A DNA stretch of 64,000 nucleotides from Tubulanus polymorphus (Eukaryota; Animalia; Nemertea). A program made the translations under genes and the position numbers. Positions 1 to 14,235 of this stretch are shown piece by piece. The notes beneath the pieces were generated by a model. It searched no databases, was not told the DNA's origin, and was given only the letters and a program-made list of their open reading frames with translations. Positions within the stretch are counted from its first letter, which is position 1; each line of letters begins with the position of its first letter. Location of the stretch: positions 3,472,001 to 3,536,000 of the forward strand of contig NC_134028.1 of NCBI RefSeq assembly GCF_964204645.1, written 5' to 3'.

Positions 1-1402
1 CGATGCCATGAGGTTCGAATCCCAACTTATAAAATGAAGAATAAATTCTCTGTTCTTCAAGCTGTTAATCAATTCTTTATTTGTTATAATTGTCAAAAAT
101 TGTTAAAAGTTATTCCTCCATCTCTATAAATGTTAATTATGTTTGTTATTTGTCATAAGTTTATTCTAAATGAAATAAAGTTTGATAATACATATTCAAT
201 GTATGTCGAGTTTTAAGTGGCTTTTCGTGAACGTAAAGCCAATTCGGCGCCAAACGTATTGTCGTAAAAAAGTGCACACGTAACGTTCTAGTAAACGATC
301 CGATCCGTTCAGGCGGCCGATAGATTAATCAAAAAGGCTCGAAACTCGAACCGTACGTCGATAGGGAGAGATTAAAACCCGAGAGCCGAGGTATTGCTCG
401 ATCTGCTGCAGTATTCACATCATTGATGAGATGGAATTGACTGACTGGCAACGCTATTAACCTTTGCGTTGAGTTAGTCAATAAACCGGATGAAAATTCG
501 TTATCTTCCCAAAGCATCGCTGCTGCGCGCGAGCTTATACCTAGCTGAATTGCGAGTAATCGTCGGTTTCTGGTCGCTTCCACGCGTAAAACCGACGGTT
601 GGATATTGTCGGAATCTCTGAGAACTCGCCAGAAATCCCAGATTATTCTTTCACAAGTTCGACCGTTTATTATTCAGAACAGGTTCGATTTTAAGTGGCT
701 TCGATCGACAGTTTTGCGAGCGTCGTCAAACAATTTGCGTAACGGAATCTTGCGATCAATTTTACCACAAATCCACTCGTGAAATTCTGAAGATGAAGCG
801 TCTTGTCGACAGTGATCTACATCTCGGTTCCAGTAATTAAGATTTTAAGAATAATGAAAGCGTTGATCATACAGTTTTGCCGGTCGTCGTTTTACGGCGA
901 GCGGGCGAAGCGAAGAATTTAATCAGTCGTGATTTACGACCGATTTCTTATTAGCGTCCGGACACGTTACGACAACGATCGTTGCCGATGGTATCACGTG
1001 GCGTGAACTATAACGCGATAAATTCTCATCTGAGTCGGCCCCGGCTGTCGCCTCGTTTGACAGCGACAAACGCCCCGTAGGACGCGCCGTACGAAATCAA
1101 CAACTCGACGGCACGTTAGCGCCTTCGTAAATATCAATTTGAAGCCGAAAATAATCGTTTCGTCGGCCGTTTCGTTTCCGACCGCCGACATTCACAGTTT
1201 GATCGTGAAATATATACTCGCATCGGGTTGATGCAATTTTATGTTCGTTGATTAGAACGTGTAACCCTCGTTAAATATTCAGAATCTACTAAATGTCTAA
1301 TACGTCATCGTCACGAACGCCAAATCAGATCTCGGGCATTAAACAGCAATTCGACTGTTTCAAAGAAATCACGATTGGTAGAACACTATATCCGTGTTGA
1401 CG

Positions 1403-1612
1403 CGATGAGGAGAGAATCCCACAATGATAATAAAAAGTCCGAAAATGAAACTTCGAGATAGTAGTTTATTTCAACGTTTCGACTATATCCTAATAATCCT
1501 AATTATTCCTGAAGATGATTATTAGGATATAGTCGAAACGTTGAAATAAACTACTATCTCGAAGTTTCATTTTCGGACTTTTTATTATCATTGTGGGATT
1601 CTCTCCTCATCG
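1403..1612. mobile_element. Perfect fold-back (96-bp arms, 18-nt spacer), probably an inverted Penelope-like pseudo-LTR with a hammerhead-like core
   Basis: 1403-1498 is the exact reverse complement of 1517-1612. The plus strand has CTGAAGA-T-GATTAT..ATAGTC-GAAACGTTG followed by AATAAA. The ends (AATCCCACAAT/ATTGTGGGATT) are shared with elements at 29748 and 37300. Confidence 0.7.
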
Positions 1613-2974
1613 TTTCAAAGAAAACCTCGATTTCCATGAAGCGTCTCTGGGGGTCAGCGAACTATAGTGGACAAAAGCAGTATATAATATATATGTCACG
1701 ATAATGAGCGGAATCCTGAGGCGAAGACTTGCGAGCGCTGCTTTAAATCTTATTAACACAAAATACGCGTAAATTCCGGATTTATTGCCTAATAAACTCC
1801 GCTGTTTATCAGCGCAACCAATTATACTGAATCCTGGTGAAATTACATATGTCGGCGGGATGCGTATCGGTGGTGCCGTTTAGTATTCCGGGCTCTCGCA
1901 TTTATTATACGAAGCCAGACTCGGATGAAAGACGACGCAACTTGCTGTCTAAATGAACTCATAAAACATCCGTTAACCGAAGCAGCGCTGTATAATAAAG
2001 ACCGCTGACGTTAGTCGGTTGATGGTTAAAATAGCGATCTATGACTCCAGCGTTTCGATCGGATCTTCTGAGTCAAAGAACATAGTGTCATCCAAACGAT
2101 AAGGAGATCTTTCCATGTTGCAATAGGGATTCGCTGTTTTGTGGCAAGGTCTGCTCAGACAGGTAGGGGGGCAAATTCACGCCGTACCATATGGGCATTT
2201 AGACACTTCGTGGTCGCTTCGATTGGTAGTGGTACAGGGAGCCACAATTACCAAACCATCTCTTTCGCGACATCGTCTGCATGTGAGATTCGAATTAATC
2301 CATCACCCAGAGGTGGAAAAAACACAGACACACGATGACTACATAAGCGGAGTTTACTAGTGTATGGTGCCGGTTGGCAGCCGCAGACTAGTCGCAAACC
2401 GTCGCTGACACTAGCATCGCTGACGAGGTCGGGCCGCGAGTCGGCCTATACCCGGCTTCAACAACGAACGACCTTTTACGCGTTTCAAAATCGGTTTCGT
2501 GAATATCAACCGAATAATCACCGAGCCTTTACGATACGGCAAACTAGTCAATTGACCGATGCTAATTGCGTGGACGAATGCTGATGAACGTGCTAATGAG
2601 CCACTTGCACGAACGAGCCTGACCGGATATTACCAGCCGATCAGCCATCAGACAGACACCCAGTCGTATTTACCTACATCGTTGTTGTCAAATTAGCGAA
2701 GTGTGATTATTTACTTAACGTGCGAGTTAATGAATCCACGAGCACTGTGGTACCATAGTTGTTGTCCGGGTATAATCCACGAAAATTCTTACTTCGATTT
2801 TATATCACGACTAATTACGTGATATTAACAACTTAACGGTCAATTCGTATATAATTGATATATTACATCTATGATTGTTTCATTCGTCCGAATCGAGGAA
2901 ATCTACAGGGTACAGTTAACAGTTTAATTTATTGCTCCACAATTAGCTTACTGCACGGGTTTTAAAATATTATA

Positions 2975-3240
2975 GATGTTTGAGTAAATAATTTTCCAGG
3001 TCATTTAAGAATATTGCAAATAATATTGGAGAGAGATTCCCACCTTGTGTCACCCCCTTGAAAATTCTGACCTTGTTTCATTAGAGAAAACACAGGACTT
3101 GATCCCTTGATATATATTATAGATAGCGTTGAGCACTTTACCTCTAATACCCCCCTTTATTAATTAATTTATGCGTGCTTTTTGCCAAATGCTATCGAAA
3201 GCCTTTTTATAGTCAGCATAAATGCAGTAGAGTTTACTGT
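2975..3240 (-). mobile_element. Degenerate non-LTR retrotransposon (LINE) reverse transcriptase fragment
   Basis: Minus-strand translation gives KLYCIYADYKKAFDSIW... and, after a frameshift, KGVTQGGNLSPILFAIFLNDLENYL. These match the RT motifs DxxKAFD and GVxQGxxLSPxLF. No YADD motif was recovered. Confidence 0.8.
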
Positions 3241-6200
3241 TTTAATGAAAGCTTTTGAATGCGATACAGGATGCCACAATATTGATTTAAATAGGGGGGA
3301 TCATTACTGTAAGTTTGGCCTAAAACTTACATTCGTAAACAAAAATAAAAAAAAATATTAGGACATATGAATATGCCACCAAAAGATGCTTTCCTAGAAT
3401 GCTCCCCTTTGAAATGTACTAATTGTTCTATGTGCATAGTGAGTAGCGGGATGAAGAGGGGATCAGTGGATACACGGTGGAACCTTGCAGTAAACTGTGC
3501 AGGTTATTATCGTTTGAGAGGTTTTGCGGGTGATACGCCGGCTTCTTATCCGTTGGCCATGTCGGCTTTCAAGTGTGCTTGTGCGCTTTATGTCGAAGCC
3601 TTAGTGTTATTAAGTAATCAGCTTTTGAGTCCATTCTGGCAACACTTAAACGCTACGACAGTAACAAACTATTTGCCTATGTATAACTTGGTCACGTATA
3701 CAATAATCGCTTACGAGATGCATCGAAAACAAGGTTGAGAGATGCGAACGTCAGAGCGAGAGAGCTGCTCCCTGGAAAGAATGGACGAGTGTTTGTAATG
3801 CTGGGAATATATCATCGTTTACAACTTTTATCATAAGCGATATCATGTGTATATATACGTAAAATATCAAATGTGTTTTAACGTTAATGACTAATATATA
3901 ATGATAGTTGATAGATAATTGATAAACCTATTCGTTTATCCACGGTGCGTTACTGGGGCGGACCAGCAGAGCTCATCCAGCAGAGCTCATCAGGACCCAA
4001 CTATTGCGGGGTACGTTAGTGGGAGTTGCCCATTGGAGCAACGTTCAGTGGCGCTCTTGATGCCAACATTCTGCATATATCGAGTTAGCTGACATTTAGA
4101 TCCCTCGTTATGTCGTTGCCTGACGCTCAAGAACAGCTATGAGAAAGATATAAGGACACATCGCGTAACTCATTCAATTTGCTAGTCAGTCAGTATAAAT
4201 CCCCAGACTACATCGTCAAGATGGAGACAATTCGCACCTCATCGGGATGCCATGAAATCCCACCTGCATCCAGTCGAACAAACTTCTATTCGCTGTGCGT
4301 GATAGTTTACTCTCGTCCCGGGAATAACCGTCGCCTCCAAATTAGCCGGGTCTGGTGCATAATTACCGACCAGGTTCAGCCTTCAGCGGATACGACCATG
4401 TGCAGCATATAGTTTAACAAACACAATTCTCGCAGATATTCTTATACGCGCGATGAATAATTATTTCGGACGTTCCTGATTTTTCGAAATGATTCTGAGA
4501 CAGGAAACACGAACGACTCCAAGCAGCATGGCCTTAATCTACAAATGGGTGAATTAAGGGAATCACTCGATGCGAAGAACATTTTCTTGGGCGGGAGGGC
4601 AAACAACGGTTCTCGGCTTTAGCGCTCGCTCTTCATATCAGTAACTGTCCCCTTAAATTGGTCATTATTGCGTAAACTGGTCACATACATATAGATCTTT
4701 ATCTTAGAAAGCCGAAACTATTTCCAGAGCTCTCTATATTCGATTAGGAGGAAGTGATCCGCCACGTTTCCCTGTCAGTCCATTAAACGAATCGGTTTAT
4801 CAGTGTAGCTGTCAGCATCTTTCTGATATTTCTTATCAGTAATCGTTATTATCGAAGAAAAGTATACATGATTGCGACGGATCAGTGGTTATTGCGGCCC
4901 ATTATACAGCGGGTTTCTCGGAGGAAGGCGGCGTCTGGAGCCATCCGCGCCGCAGCAGCGCCGTCGTTAGAAAGTGAATAATTCATATCGCGTATATGAC
5001 CGAATCCCCGGACACCTGTTTGTTGCGGGATTCGTTTGACTTGCAAATCGATCTCGAGACGGAAAACTACACGAAATATACCGAACACTATATTATCAAG
5101 ACTAGACGCTTAAGTAACTCGGTTTTATGAATAAATGAAATCGCATGACTCATTCGTTTTGGCGCTGGTCAACGCTGGGAATATGTAACCTTTGAACATA
5201 CTTCCTAGAACTACGTATATCTACTTTTGTCCTCCATCATTTTACCTTCCATTCCCCATTCTGTATTGTTTGATAGAACGTTCGCCTCTCTTTGAAATTT
5301 GACCATATTTTCGTTTAGTCCTTTTTTCCTTCGTTCCAATTAGATTTCATAGTCTGACGGATATTTCACCCGAATCGATTTGAAATATTGAATATGAAAT
5401 TCGCACGAGTGACACGACAGATCCCATTCGTGTGATAAAATGTAAAATGTATTTTTGACAGCTAGATACAAGTGCTGTGATAGATAGTGTCATTTAATCC
5501 TCCCATGAGCGGCGTATACAATATATGAAATTGTTCATCTGCGGTGCGGCGACATTTCGTCTTGAACTCTGACATTTACTCGCCCAAATAGATAACGCAT
5601 CAAGTTTCATTTCGGAAAACATTATGTTCACGTATATATACAACATACGAATTTATACCAAGAATAGTTTGATTTGCAAAAGTTCAGTTCCTAAACCCAT
5701 AGCGTATGGGAAATCACCATTTTTGTGCTAAAAAACACGAGTCCCGGTTGAGCAGAATTTATTTTCAGTAAGGTATGTGATACTGGCGACGACGTCTCGC
5801 TTTTGATTATTATCATCAGTAGGTATTCCAACCAACGTTCAATCGACAATTAACACAAGCTGCGCTCATAGCTGATAAACCAACAGGAAAACCTAAACTA
5901 ACAGTTTTATTTTCTATTTCCTCGATATTGCAATAACATTGATTGATTTATCTTGAAAGGACAGCTTATTTCTATTGATACAACATATCATATATTACGT
6001 GTGAACCAAAGTAGGGAAACTTAGAACATGGTTTTCGAATGCGAAAGATTCATGAATTACTCAATGCAAATTGATGATTAGAACATCGAAGTTGAAATAA
6101 AAGAATAGATAATAGGGTCCAGTATGACCTACCGTTAATCCATACACCATCAGCTAATACATCATATTTTGCTCCGTTCTTGACTTGAAAACGTCGGAAC

Positions 6201-9200
6201 AACAACAATCTGTAAAATGATTCAGAGAAACCGCGCTTTGAGTTCGATTTGTATTCAGGACTTTTGGTGTCGTATCGTCCGGTCGGTTAAATCCAAGACA
6301 ATAAATTACATCACTATGAGAGACATCGATCATTCGGCTTTGATCAAACACTTTTTCAAAGGAAATGCTGCGAGGAAAGAATATCAAAATTTTTTCCTTT
6401 AAGAAATGTCTGTTAAGATTGTGAATATACTTAACACATTCGAAAAAATTTCGAAGAACATTTCGTTCTGAGATGACAAAACTCGAAACAAACCTACTTC
6501 TGACACTCTTGCTTCCCCCATATTGACAAAGAACTAAGTTTCGGTTCGGTTAGGGTGAGCCGGTCATGATAAAAAAGGGAGCGATGATGAATAGTGCGAA
6601 TAGGGAAGCAACAACTCCAGACGTAATCTCTCAAATTGACACGAGCCATGCACCGATAATTATTGCCCTGGCAGCGAACATGTCTCTCTTACAAAAACCA
6701 ACCGAATCATAGATAAAAAAAACAGCTGATGCGGGCGATTGAGCTTCGTTTCTCGGTCGATTGATCTTATTGTTAAGTTACCCGAAGTAGCTGCGCGCTT
6801 GGTCGCATCCTGCTATCTAGCAGGTGTACGAGCAACATGTTGAATATACACGCATCGCAAGATGCGCTACAAAAATACCAGACACCATATGTGAAACCTT
6901 GATACTTTTTACGCAGTATTGGTAGTTATTCGGTGGCCTTGTCACTGGTTGCTCGAATCGAAGCTTGATGAAGAATAATTTTGGCATCGTTTCTGGCCGA
7001 GCTGTTTTTCAGTCAGTACGGATGCTGATTTGACGTATTTCCATTCAACAGTATCGACATAATGTAGATATATTCAGAGCTCGTAAATGGCTGCAGAAGT
7101 TAAGAAGTGTTGACAATTCGAATTCGGTGTTCATCATATGAAGTTTCGTTAAAGGAATTCTCGTCAGAATGACTTTAGACATATATTGCCGCGCTTCTAT
7201 AACTAATGTACATTTCAATGTAGCAGTTATTTCATTCAAGATTCACTTGAAATTCGTCAATATGGAACGTTTTCCAAGTAATATCGCAATCTTCCAATCA
7301 TGTGCGGTACAATTTAAAACCAATTTCTAACATTGCAGAAAAAAGTTGCGCTTAATTCTACTAGGATACATTCAGCTGTAAAAGTAAATTGAATCGAATT
7401 CAAGGTCGCGTGGTCCTTAAGAATAATCTAGATCGGAAAGACGCGCGTGCTGGTAATAGAATCTACCGTGTTTCTGCAATGTTGTAGAACATCGTCCGAA
7501 TTTAATTACCGCCTATCAATAACCTATTTCGCGCCAAATCCTAAGACACTCGCAACAGGAATTATTTTGGCCGATTTCCTGGACGACGGATTGGATATAT
7601 AGAAAATACCGCCGATTTATTCGGCTGACGCACGAAAAATATCATACATTGTATAAATAGATATTGTAAATAATAACTACGACTGTACGGGGTTTTTTCG
7701 AAGGGCCGAATTCATTAGGATTAGCTTAGTAAATTGCACGATATGATGAGCTACATATTCGATAGGTCACCGTCGCAACAGCTGCTGCTGCAACGAATCA
7801 GTTTCAGTTTCAGTTTATTGCCTTCATTGACAAAAACGCTTCCAGACCACACAGACACGGACTGACAAACGACTAAAAGTCGACTAAAAGAAGATCTCTC
7901 CTCATAGCCATATAAGCAGGTGGCTTGAATGCAATCAGTAAAAATGTGTGAGCTTGTCGCACTACTGAGAAGACTAACGCAGCCATTTCTACGTCTGTTG
8001 TATATTAAATCAGTAGAAGATATGTCTAGCGTTTCTTCGACGACAAATACATTCTAAAATTTAGCATCTTAAGAACATTATACGATAAATATAGATTTAT
8101 AGCTACAAATCCGTTCTCAAGTTTTCTCGGGTGTAGGCCTAAATGTCTATTATAAAGTAGATATCTGGATGTATATATTTGTATTTTTTCTTAGACGCGG
8201 GTGTGTCAAAGACTTCAGTTTCGATCGCATCTACTGCAAATAAATTCCATTAAATATACCAACGTATCATATACATATCATATAAGACCAATATAAGTAT
8301 AAAGGGATATTTATTTCTATGTAAATCAACGCAAATTGATAGATTGACAATAAAGCGCTTGGTTTTATTTATGATCACTGGCGGTGTTACCGCAAAGCAG
8401 AAGATCACTCTCATAATGAACGACAACAAATATGCATACAATATGTTTTATGATATAAAACGATGCGTCTTTCACGCATAGATACACATAGATTTCTTCA
8501 CATACCGATATGTAAATCTACCGACAAGGGAATTCCCACAAAAATTTAAGCATAAATACACATCATATTTTCGATGCATAGAAAATATAACCAACATGGA
8601 TGCTTTACAATTTGATGAAACTCTGGTCAATGTAACGAATGACTCGGTTGTTGCAGTGTGTGTACGTTAAATCCATATTTTGAAGTTGAATATCCCATGG
8701 GAATACCTACCCGTTTACAATAATCTAACATCGTAATAAGATAGCTAATTATTTGACGAAATTAGATCATTTGTGGCTCTGGTTTGCAGTAGATTACGCC
8801 AGAGAGAAGCTGCGCCATTACTGCTTAATCATCTCGTTCATATATACAAACAGTTTCATAATATCACTGTTCGATAGTGTTGTTGTACACAGCATTCTTG
8901 TTTTTTTTCACTCGCTTTCAAAAAGTTAGAATTATCAATGAGAATTGAATTCGCCAAACGAAACAATCTAGAAAACGCATCAATCACTTCAAATTAATTT
9001 CGATGGCCCTCAAAGATAAACTTGTTTTCTCAGGGGAGGTTTGTTGATATCACATTCCTTCCTCAGTTCTTCATTCCTCAAAGCAATTGAAGCAATTTTA
9101 ATTTTGTGTATGTAACTCCTTAACTCCTAAGGTTGACGTTATACTTACATAATTCTACCAGTCTAAGTGTCTTGTATGACTTGACATTAAGCTTATTCAT

Positions 9201-11692
9201 ATATTATTCAATATATACGCATTAGGCTTCTACGTCCCAAGTCCTTCATTTTTTAGATGATAAAATTCGGTATCAAATTTTAGCTGACCCTTACATCTTT
9301 TGCTCGAAACGTAAATCATCGTATCAAGTCTATAAGGTATCTCATTCTCGTGTTCTGTCACCAAACTCTATGACGTGTTTTACGAGTGGTTACAATTATC
9401 TCGGCGTTAACTTATTTCACACTCGCGAATTGATCGAGATCGCGTCTCCACACCGGAAGTCGTTAGTGGTTGTTCATCGGCGCTCTAATTTCCGACACGT
9501 TCGTTTCCTGCGTCTTTCAAATACGCGGCGCAAGTAAAACAACAATTCCATTGCCGGAACGACGGTGCGACTGACTGTTTTCGGTCGGTCGGTACCCCGA
9601 ACTGGTAACTCCCTGGGTTGGTTGATTAATTGGGTTTATCCGACGGTATCGAGTTTCGCCTGCGTCATGATGGGCTTTTTCCGCGCTACGAACTTCCCCG
9701 TGATATTATGAAGAATCGATGTTGCTTTATCAATCAGTAACAGAACCCAACGAAACGCTTCCTCTGGCTTCACCGCTGATTTATAAATCAACCAAAACCA
9801 TGTTCCACCGCTGCTGCTGGACGGTATTTCAGTTTTAAACGATTGCGAACATGATGACAAAATGTATCTAATACGTGCCCGCGCCCAAGGCCACTAATTT
9901 CTGAAACTATTGCAAAAATGATCAATCAAAGCAAGTCTTTCTCGGGGCTCAATTAGAAGTAGAATCTATTTTCTATTTTGTGTAGATAATGCCTTTAGAA
10001 TGAATGAGTAATTGAATTTTATACAGCATACGTATATCGAATGTCTAATGTCGTATGTAGCAAATCATCTTTGACGAGAAATGTATTATGTACCAATATA
10101 TACTCGTAGCTTTTTTTTAGCTAAACCTTGCTTCGATTATTTCAGGTTTAGAAAATCAAACGGTTACGCAGATGTTGGTTATTTATTGTTTTCTTTCGTC
10201 GTTACTCAGTGCACTTTCTGCTGAACGTGTATGTTCTAATCGATGTCTGGAACGTTGGGAAATATTGACAACAATGGCTTTAGTCTTATCTTCCGTAGAA
10301 GGAAGAACAGTATCGAAGTCGGGCAAATGTGTCTGTCTACAAGCTGCTTAAAATGATTAGTACATCATTCTACGTGCGTTCCTTTTCTGTCTATTCTATT
10401 ATACATTATTCCAATGCAATCACCCGCAGTACCGTGTAACGACCGCCTTCTCAGAACTCCGTATAAATTGTGCAAATGATTCGCTAGCTACACGAGAAAA
10501 CGACGTTAAAAAACATCGAAATGTGGGGCACAGTGAATAGTAAATTGTAATTTGTGGCAAGTGAATGGGTTTGTTTCCAAAGTGACTGAAAAGTCAAGAC
10601 CTTTGCAAATGAACATGTCCGTACATCAGATCATGACACAACTATAATATACATGGACCTGTGTGCTTATATTCTGATCACGTAGAATTCATTTCGGATT
10701 ATGAATATTTTCGTGATGTAATTGATAAGAATCGTGCTACAGTCAATAGTGGCGTGACGACGACGAGCAGGGGCGGACGGAAAACGTTCCCATGCCTTAT
10801 TCTATCCAGATTGAATCATAAATATTGACAACTCGAACTGCAGCCGAATCGTCGTTCAACATTTCATCTCAAATCATACCGAATGAGATGGCAGCTATTG
10901 AACATCCCGATGGCCAATAAACACTATCGGCGATTTAAACCTAATCACACGTTGATAATCATGTCTTTCGTATTGTATTTGAGCTGGAATGTTGTCTAGT
11001 TATTGGATTCTGGCTGCCAGTGCAAACGGTGTCAATGCCGTAATTGCTACAATTATGTTAGTGTTACTGGGGCGGAATAAAGGACGACTGTTATTGTCCT
11101 CGGGGGAACATCATCACTACAAATATTCTTATAATCATCGCCGTGAATGACGGCTTACTTTCTCCGTATGAACACACTTCACCGAGGAGCTGATAAACTA
11201 CGTCCGATTCTCAGCACAAACTCAATTCAATCGCTTTGAATGTAGTAACGCGGTTCACCGAATAAAACTAAATACGTATATAAATGCTCGTCCGCTTTTA
11301 ATGTGATGCATCAAACACCAACACCATCCTGCCTTTTAGTTGTGAGTAGTAAACAGGTATGATTTCACGTGTCACTGAAACGGCGCTGCGGGCATATGAG
11401 AAAAAGTGTCGGCTTATCCTTCGTGTTTGCTTGAATTCCTGAGAATGACAGGTTTAATGAAAAGCTTATTTCGCTTGATGATCGAAAAATAATAATGTCT
11501 TTTCCCCGGGTGACTATTTCCTCGATGATAGCGAGTCTGTTCGGAATGCGCGGAGGTGGTTTTCAGCGATGTTATCTCGCCACCGGAAGTCAATGCAACC
11601 CGCCATATCATATTCAATAAAACCGGGCATAGGTTTGGGATAATTGAAAATCTCCGAGTTATACACAATCTGTCTGTTTTTACAGATAGTTT

Positions 11693-11931
11693 CAGGGGCG
11701 GATCCGAGCTATATTCCACTGTATTCCAGAATATAGTCAGAAAAACGTGAATAACATATTTTCTATAAGTAACTAATCAAACAGAATACCTTTAAATACA
11801 AGGAAATGGAGTCATTTTTCAATTCCTTCTTGAGGAGGAACCGCAAACCCCCTTTGATGAGTTTTGCCGTCGGCATCATAGAGCAAAACCTTAAGGAATA
11901 TAGTCAAATTCAATGGCTGGATCCGCCCCTG
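11693..11931. mobile_element. MITE with 13-bp TIR CAGGGGCGGATCC and 5-bp TSD (hAT5-like)
   Basis: CAGGGGCGGATCC ... GGATCCGCCCCTG, flanked by AGTTT at 11688-11692 and 11932-11936. Confidence 0.75.
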
Positions 11932-14177
11932 AGTTTTATTGGCACGGATCGCCGTTTGCCGTGTAATCCACTATTGGAACTGCGTTAGTTGACCGACATT
12001 TCTCCAAATCGTTAGGATTGGCGAAAGCGTGCGAAATATCGTGTCATCAATTCGTGATATAATCCACACATGATAATCGCGTGGTTGTAAATCTCCTCGC
12101 GAACCGAAAACCTGCATCTCTGTATTTTTTCTTCACGTGAATACAACAAAAACCATCAGCTGGTCATCAGCAATAGTTATTACTTACCACTTCCATTACT
12201 GCTCAACCAGCAGTTCTTATTTACACAAACCGTCGGAATAGTTTGTAAGTTCATATCGACGGATATCATATCTGTGATGTTTTTCTTGTCGTGCTGAACC
12301 GGCTTTCAGTCGCTGATACAGCCTCGACCGACCGCCGCGCTGATCATGCTAATTCCACGTACTGATTATTGGCATACGAAGAAGCTTCGTATCGCATTCC
12401 AGAAAAAAAAAGTTCTACCGTCGGTCGCTGTCATTCAACGAGCACGCAAAATATATCTTGGTCAAGAAAGAGTGAAGTGTCATCAAATTTCAAATCATAG
12501 AGGTAGAAAGTGGCTTTCTTTGGTATCAAATTGATATATTCGATGCAGTGGCTCAAGAGGTTGGGTGATTTAGTACATTCATTGGAAAAGCATATTTCTA
12601 TTACATATTATGTATTACAAAGATAGCGCGTCGTGAAACTCGCATGAATTATACTGTTTTTGGAGCGAATAATCTTCCGATTCTATCGTCAGTATATAAC
12701 AGTCCTCCGTAGTGTATTCAACTCATGTCTCATCAGTTTTTCCTATTTCGCGTATGGTGGTATTTTTGTAAACAAGATGAAAAATCGATTCGTCTGTCTG
12801 ATGCCGGTAAATTAGTTCTCATAATAGGTAACGAAATGGCCAACTTAATCTTTTATTTATTACCCTTATGTATAGTTGTTAGCTGTCAAAATGGTCGTAT
12901 AAATAGTACGCGTCCTGATAACGTCTTCATCATGTGTTTGAATTATGTGTGAGTGGCATAAAATATTTATAACATGAACGATGACGGTGTTTTTCTCAAG
13001 TTCCCATAACGAGGACTTTCCCATTCGAAGTGTGATTAATTTTGATTTTATCCTGACATCGTTGATTCGGTTATTTTGTCTGCAACGTTCTATATACCGT
13101 TCACGCGGCAAATACCGAACATTTCTCAAGACGTAGCAGCTCGACTCGAAAAGGTCCAGGGATCCGGTCCAGACTGGTTGGAAGATTGTAACACGAACCG
13201 GAACCGAAATTTCTAATTCAATTAGGACAAGAAATTCTACCGATCATCCGACATTATCTGCATTTCGATTCAAAATCAAACCCCTTGTTTCATTCCCAGC
13301 AGGTGTGGTTGATTTGTAAGGGATACCAATTTGAATCAATCAAAGTCAATCAATAAACCAAATAAGTAGGAGGGACAATTCCCTATTCCCAAGATCAAAA
13401 TGTTGAAGAAGAACTACTGACATCGATGTAGCCCATAACGAGCAATGTATTTCCACTTCGCGGATCGCGGGACATAATTTTCTTCCACGCCCTACTTCGT
13501 TACATACATCTCATGTTTGTACATAACATAGAAAAAAATACGTTTCGTTGGTGGAATGGAAGAATTGTCTCTGGTACGTATACAACGCGAGTTAAATTCC
13601 GAACAGACTTCTCTGACTATCGATCACCGTGAAATCGATGCAAATTAGTCTTCGTCTGCCAGAAGGTGTGAAGCAAGAAAATCAGACGGATCGGAAAGAG
13701 TTCCTTCCGATAAGAAGATTAAAAATTGATTCTTCGCGTAACTGTTCCATTGAAAACGTGATAAAACCCATTACTCGTGGTAATATGAATTTGTTCTTTC
13801 TCTGAAAAAATATGGTGATGGAAGATTATTTCACCGGTTTAGGAAATGTGAACACGGGCTGGACAAAGGTTATCGACAACATCAAAAAGGTAATCGTGAC
13901 GCTGAATATACGATAGTGATGTATCACGCGCCCAAGAAGGGATCGCCACTTCCTTTTCCATCAAACCGAACCTCCTTGGACACTAATTGTGTGGCTGTCA
14001 GACTGACAAATAGCCAGAGACAACATAATGTAGCGTTACCAATGTGACCTCTACTACGAAGGCCATCAAACGCTTTTCCCGACATGAGAACGTAGACATT
14101 TGCGTGTTGGAAATTCTCTGAACTGTGAATTGATTGACTTTTGTTTAATCAGTGAGTCGGGAGACGCTGAAAAAGCA

Positions 14178-14235
14178 TGGTCTCGCTGGGATTCGAACCC
14201 ACCACCTCTCGGTTATGAGTCAAATGCAGCTATCA
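14178..14235 (-). pseudogene. tRNA-Met-like 3' half (tRNA pseudogene or SINE head)
   Basis: Minus strand reads GACTCATAACCGAGAGGTGGTGGGTTCGAATCCCAGCGAGACCA: a CAT anticodon-like loop and B box GGTTCGAATCC. No intact A box or D arm. Confidence 0.5.

Noticed and set aside
2901-2912. 12-nt match to the miR-10 5' end (TACCCTGTAGAT, minus)
   Set aside because: The 3' half does not match and no precursor hairpin is visible.
3961-3995. CTGATGAGCTC on the minus strand as a hammerhead core
   Set aside because: No downstream GAAA core; it is just a short tandem duplication.
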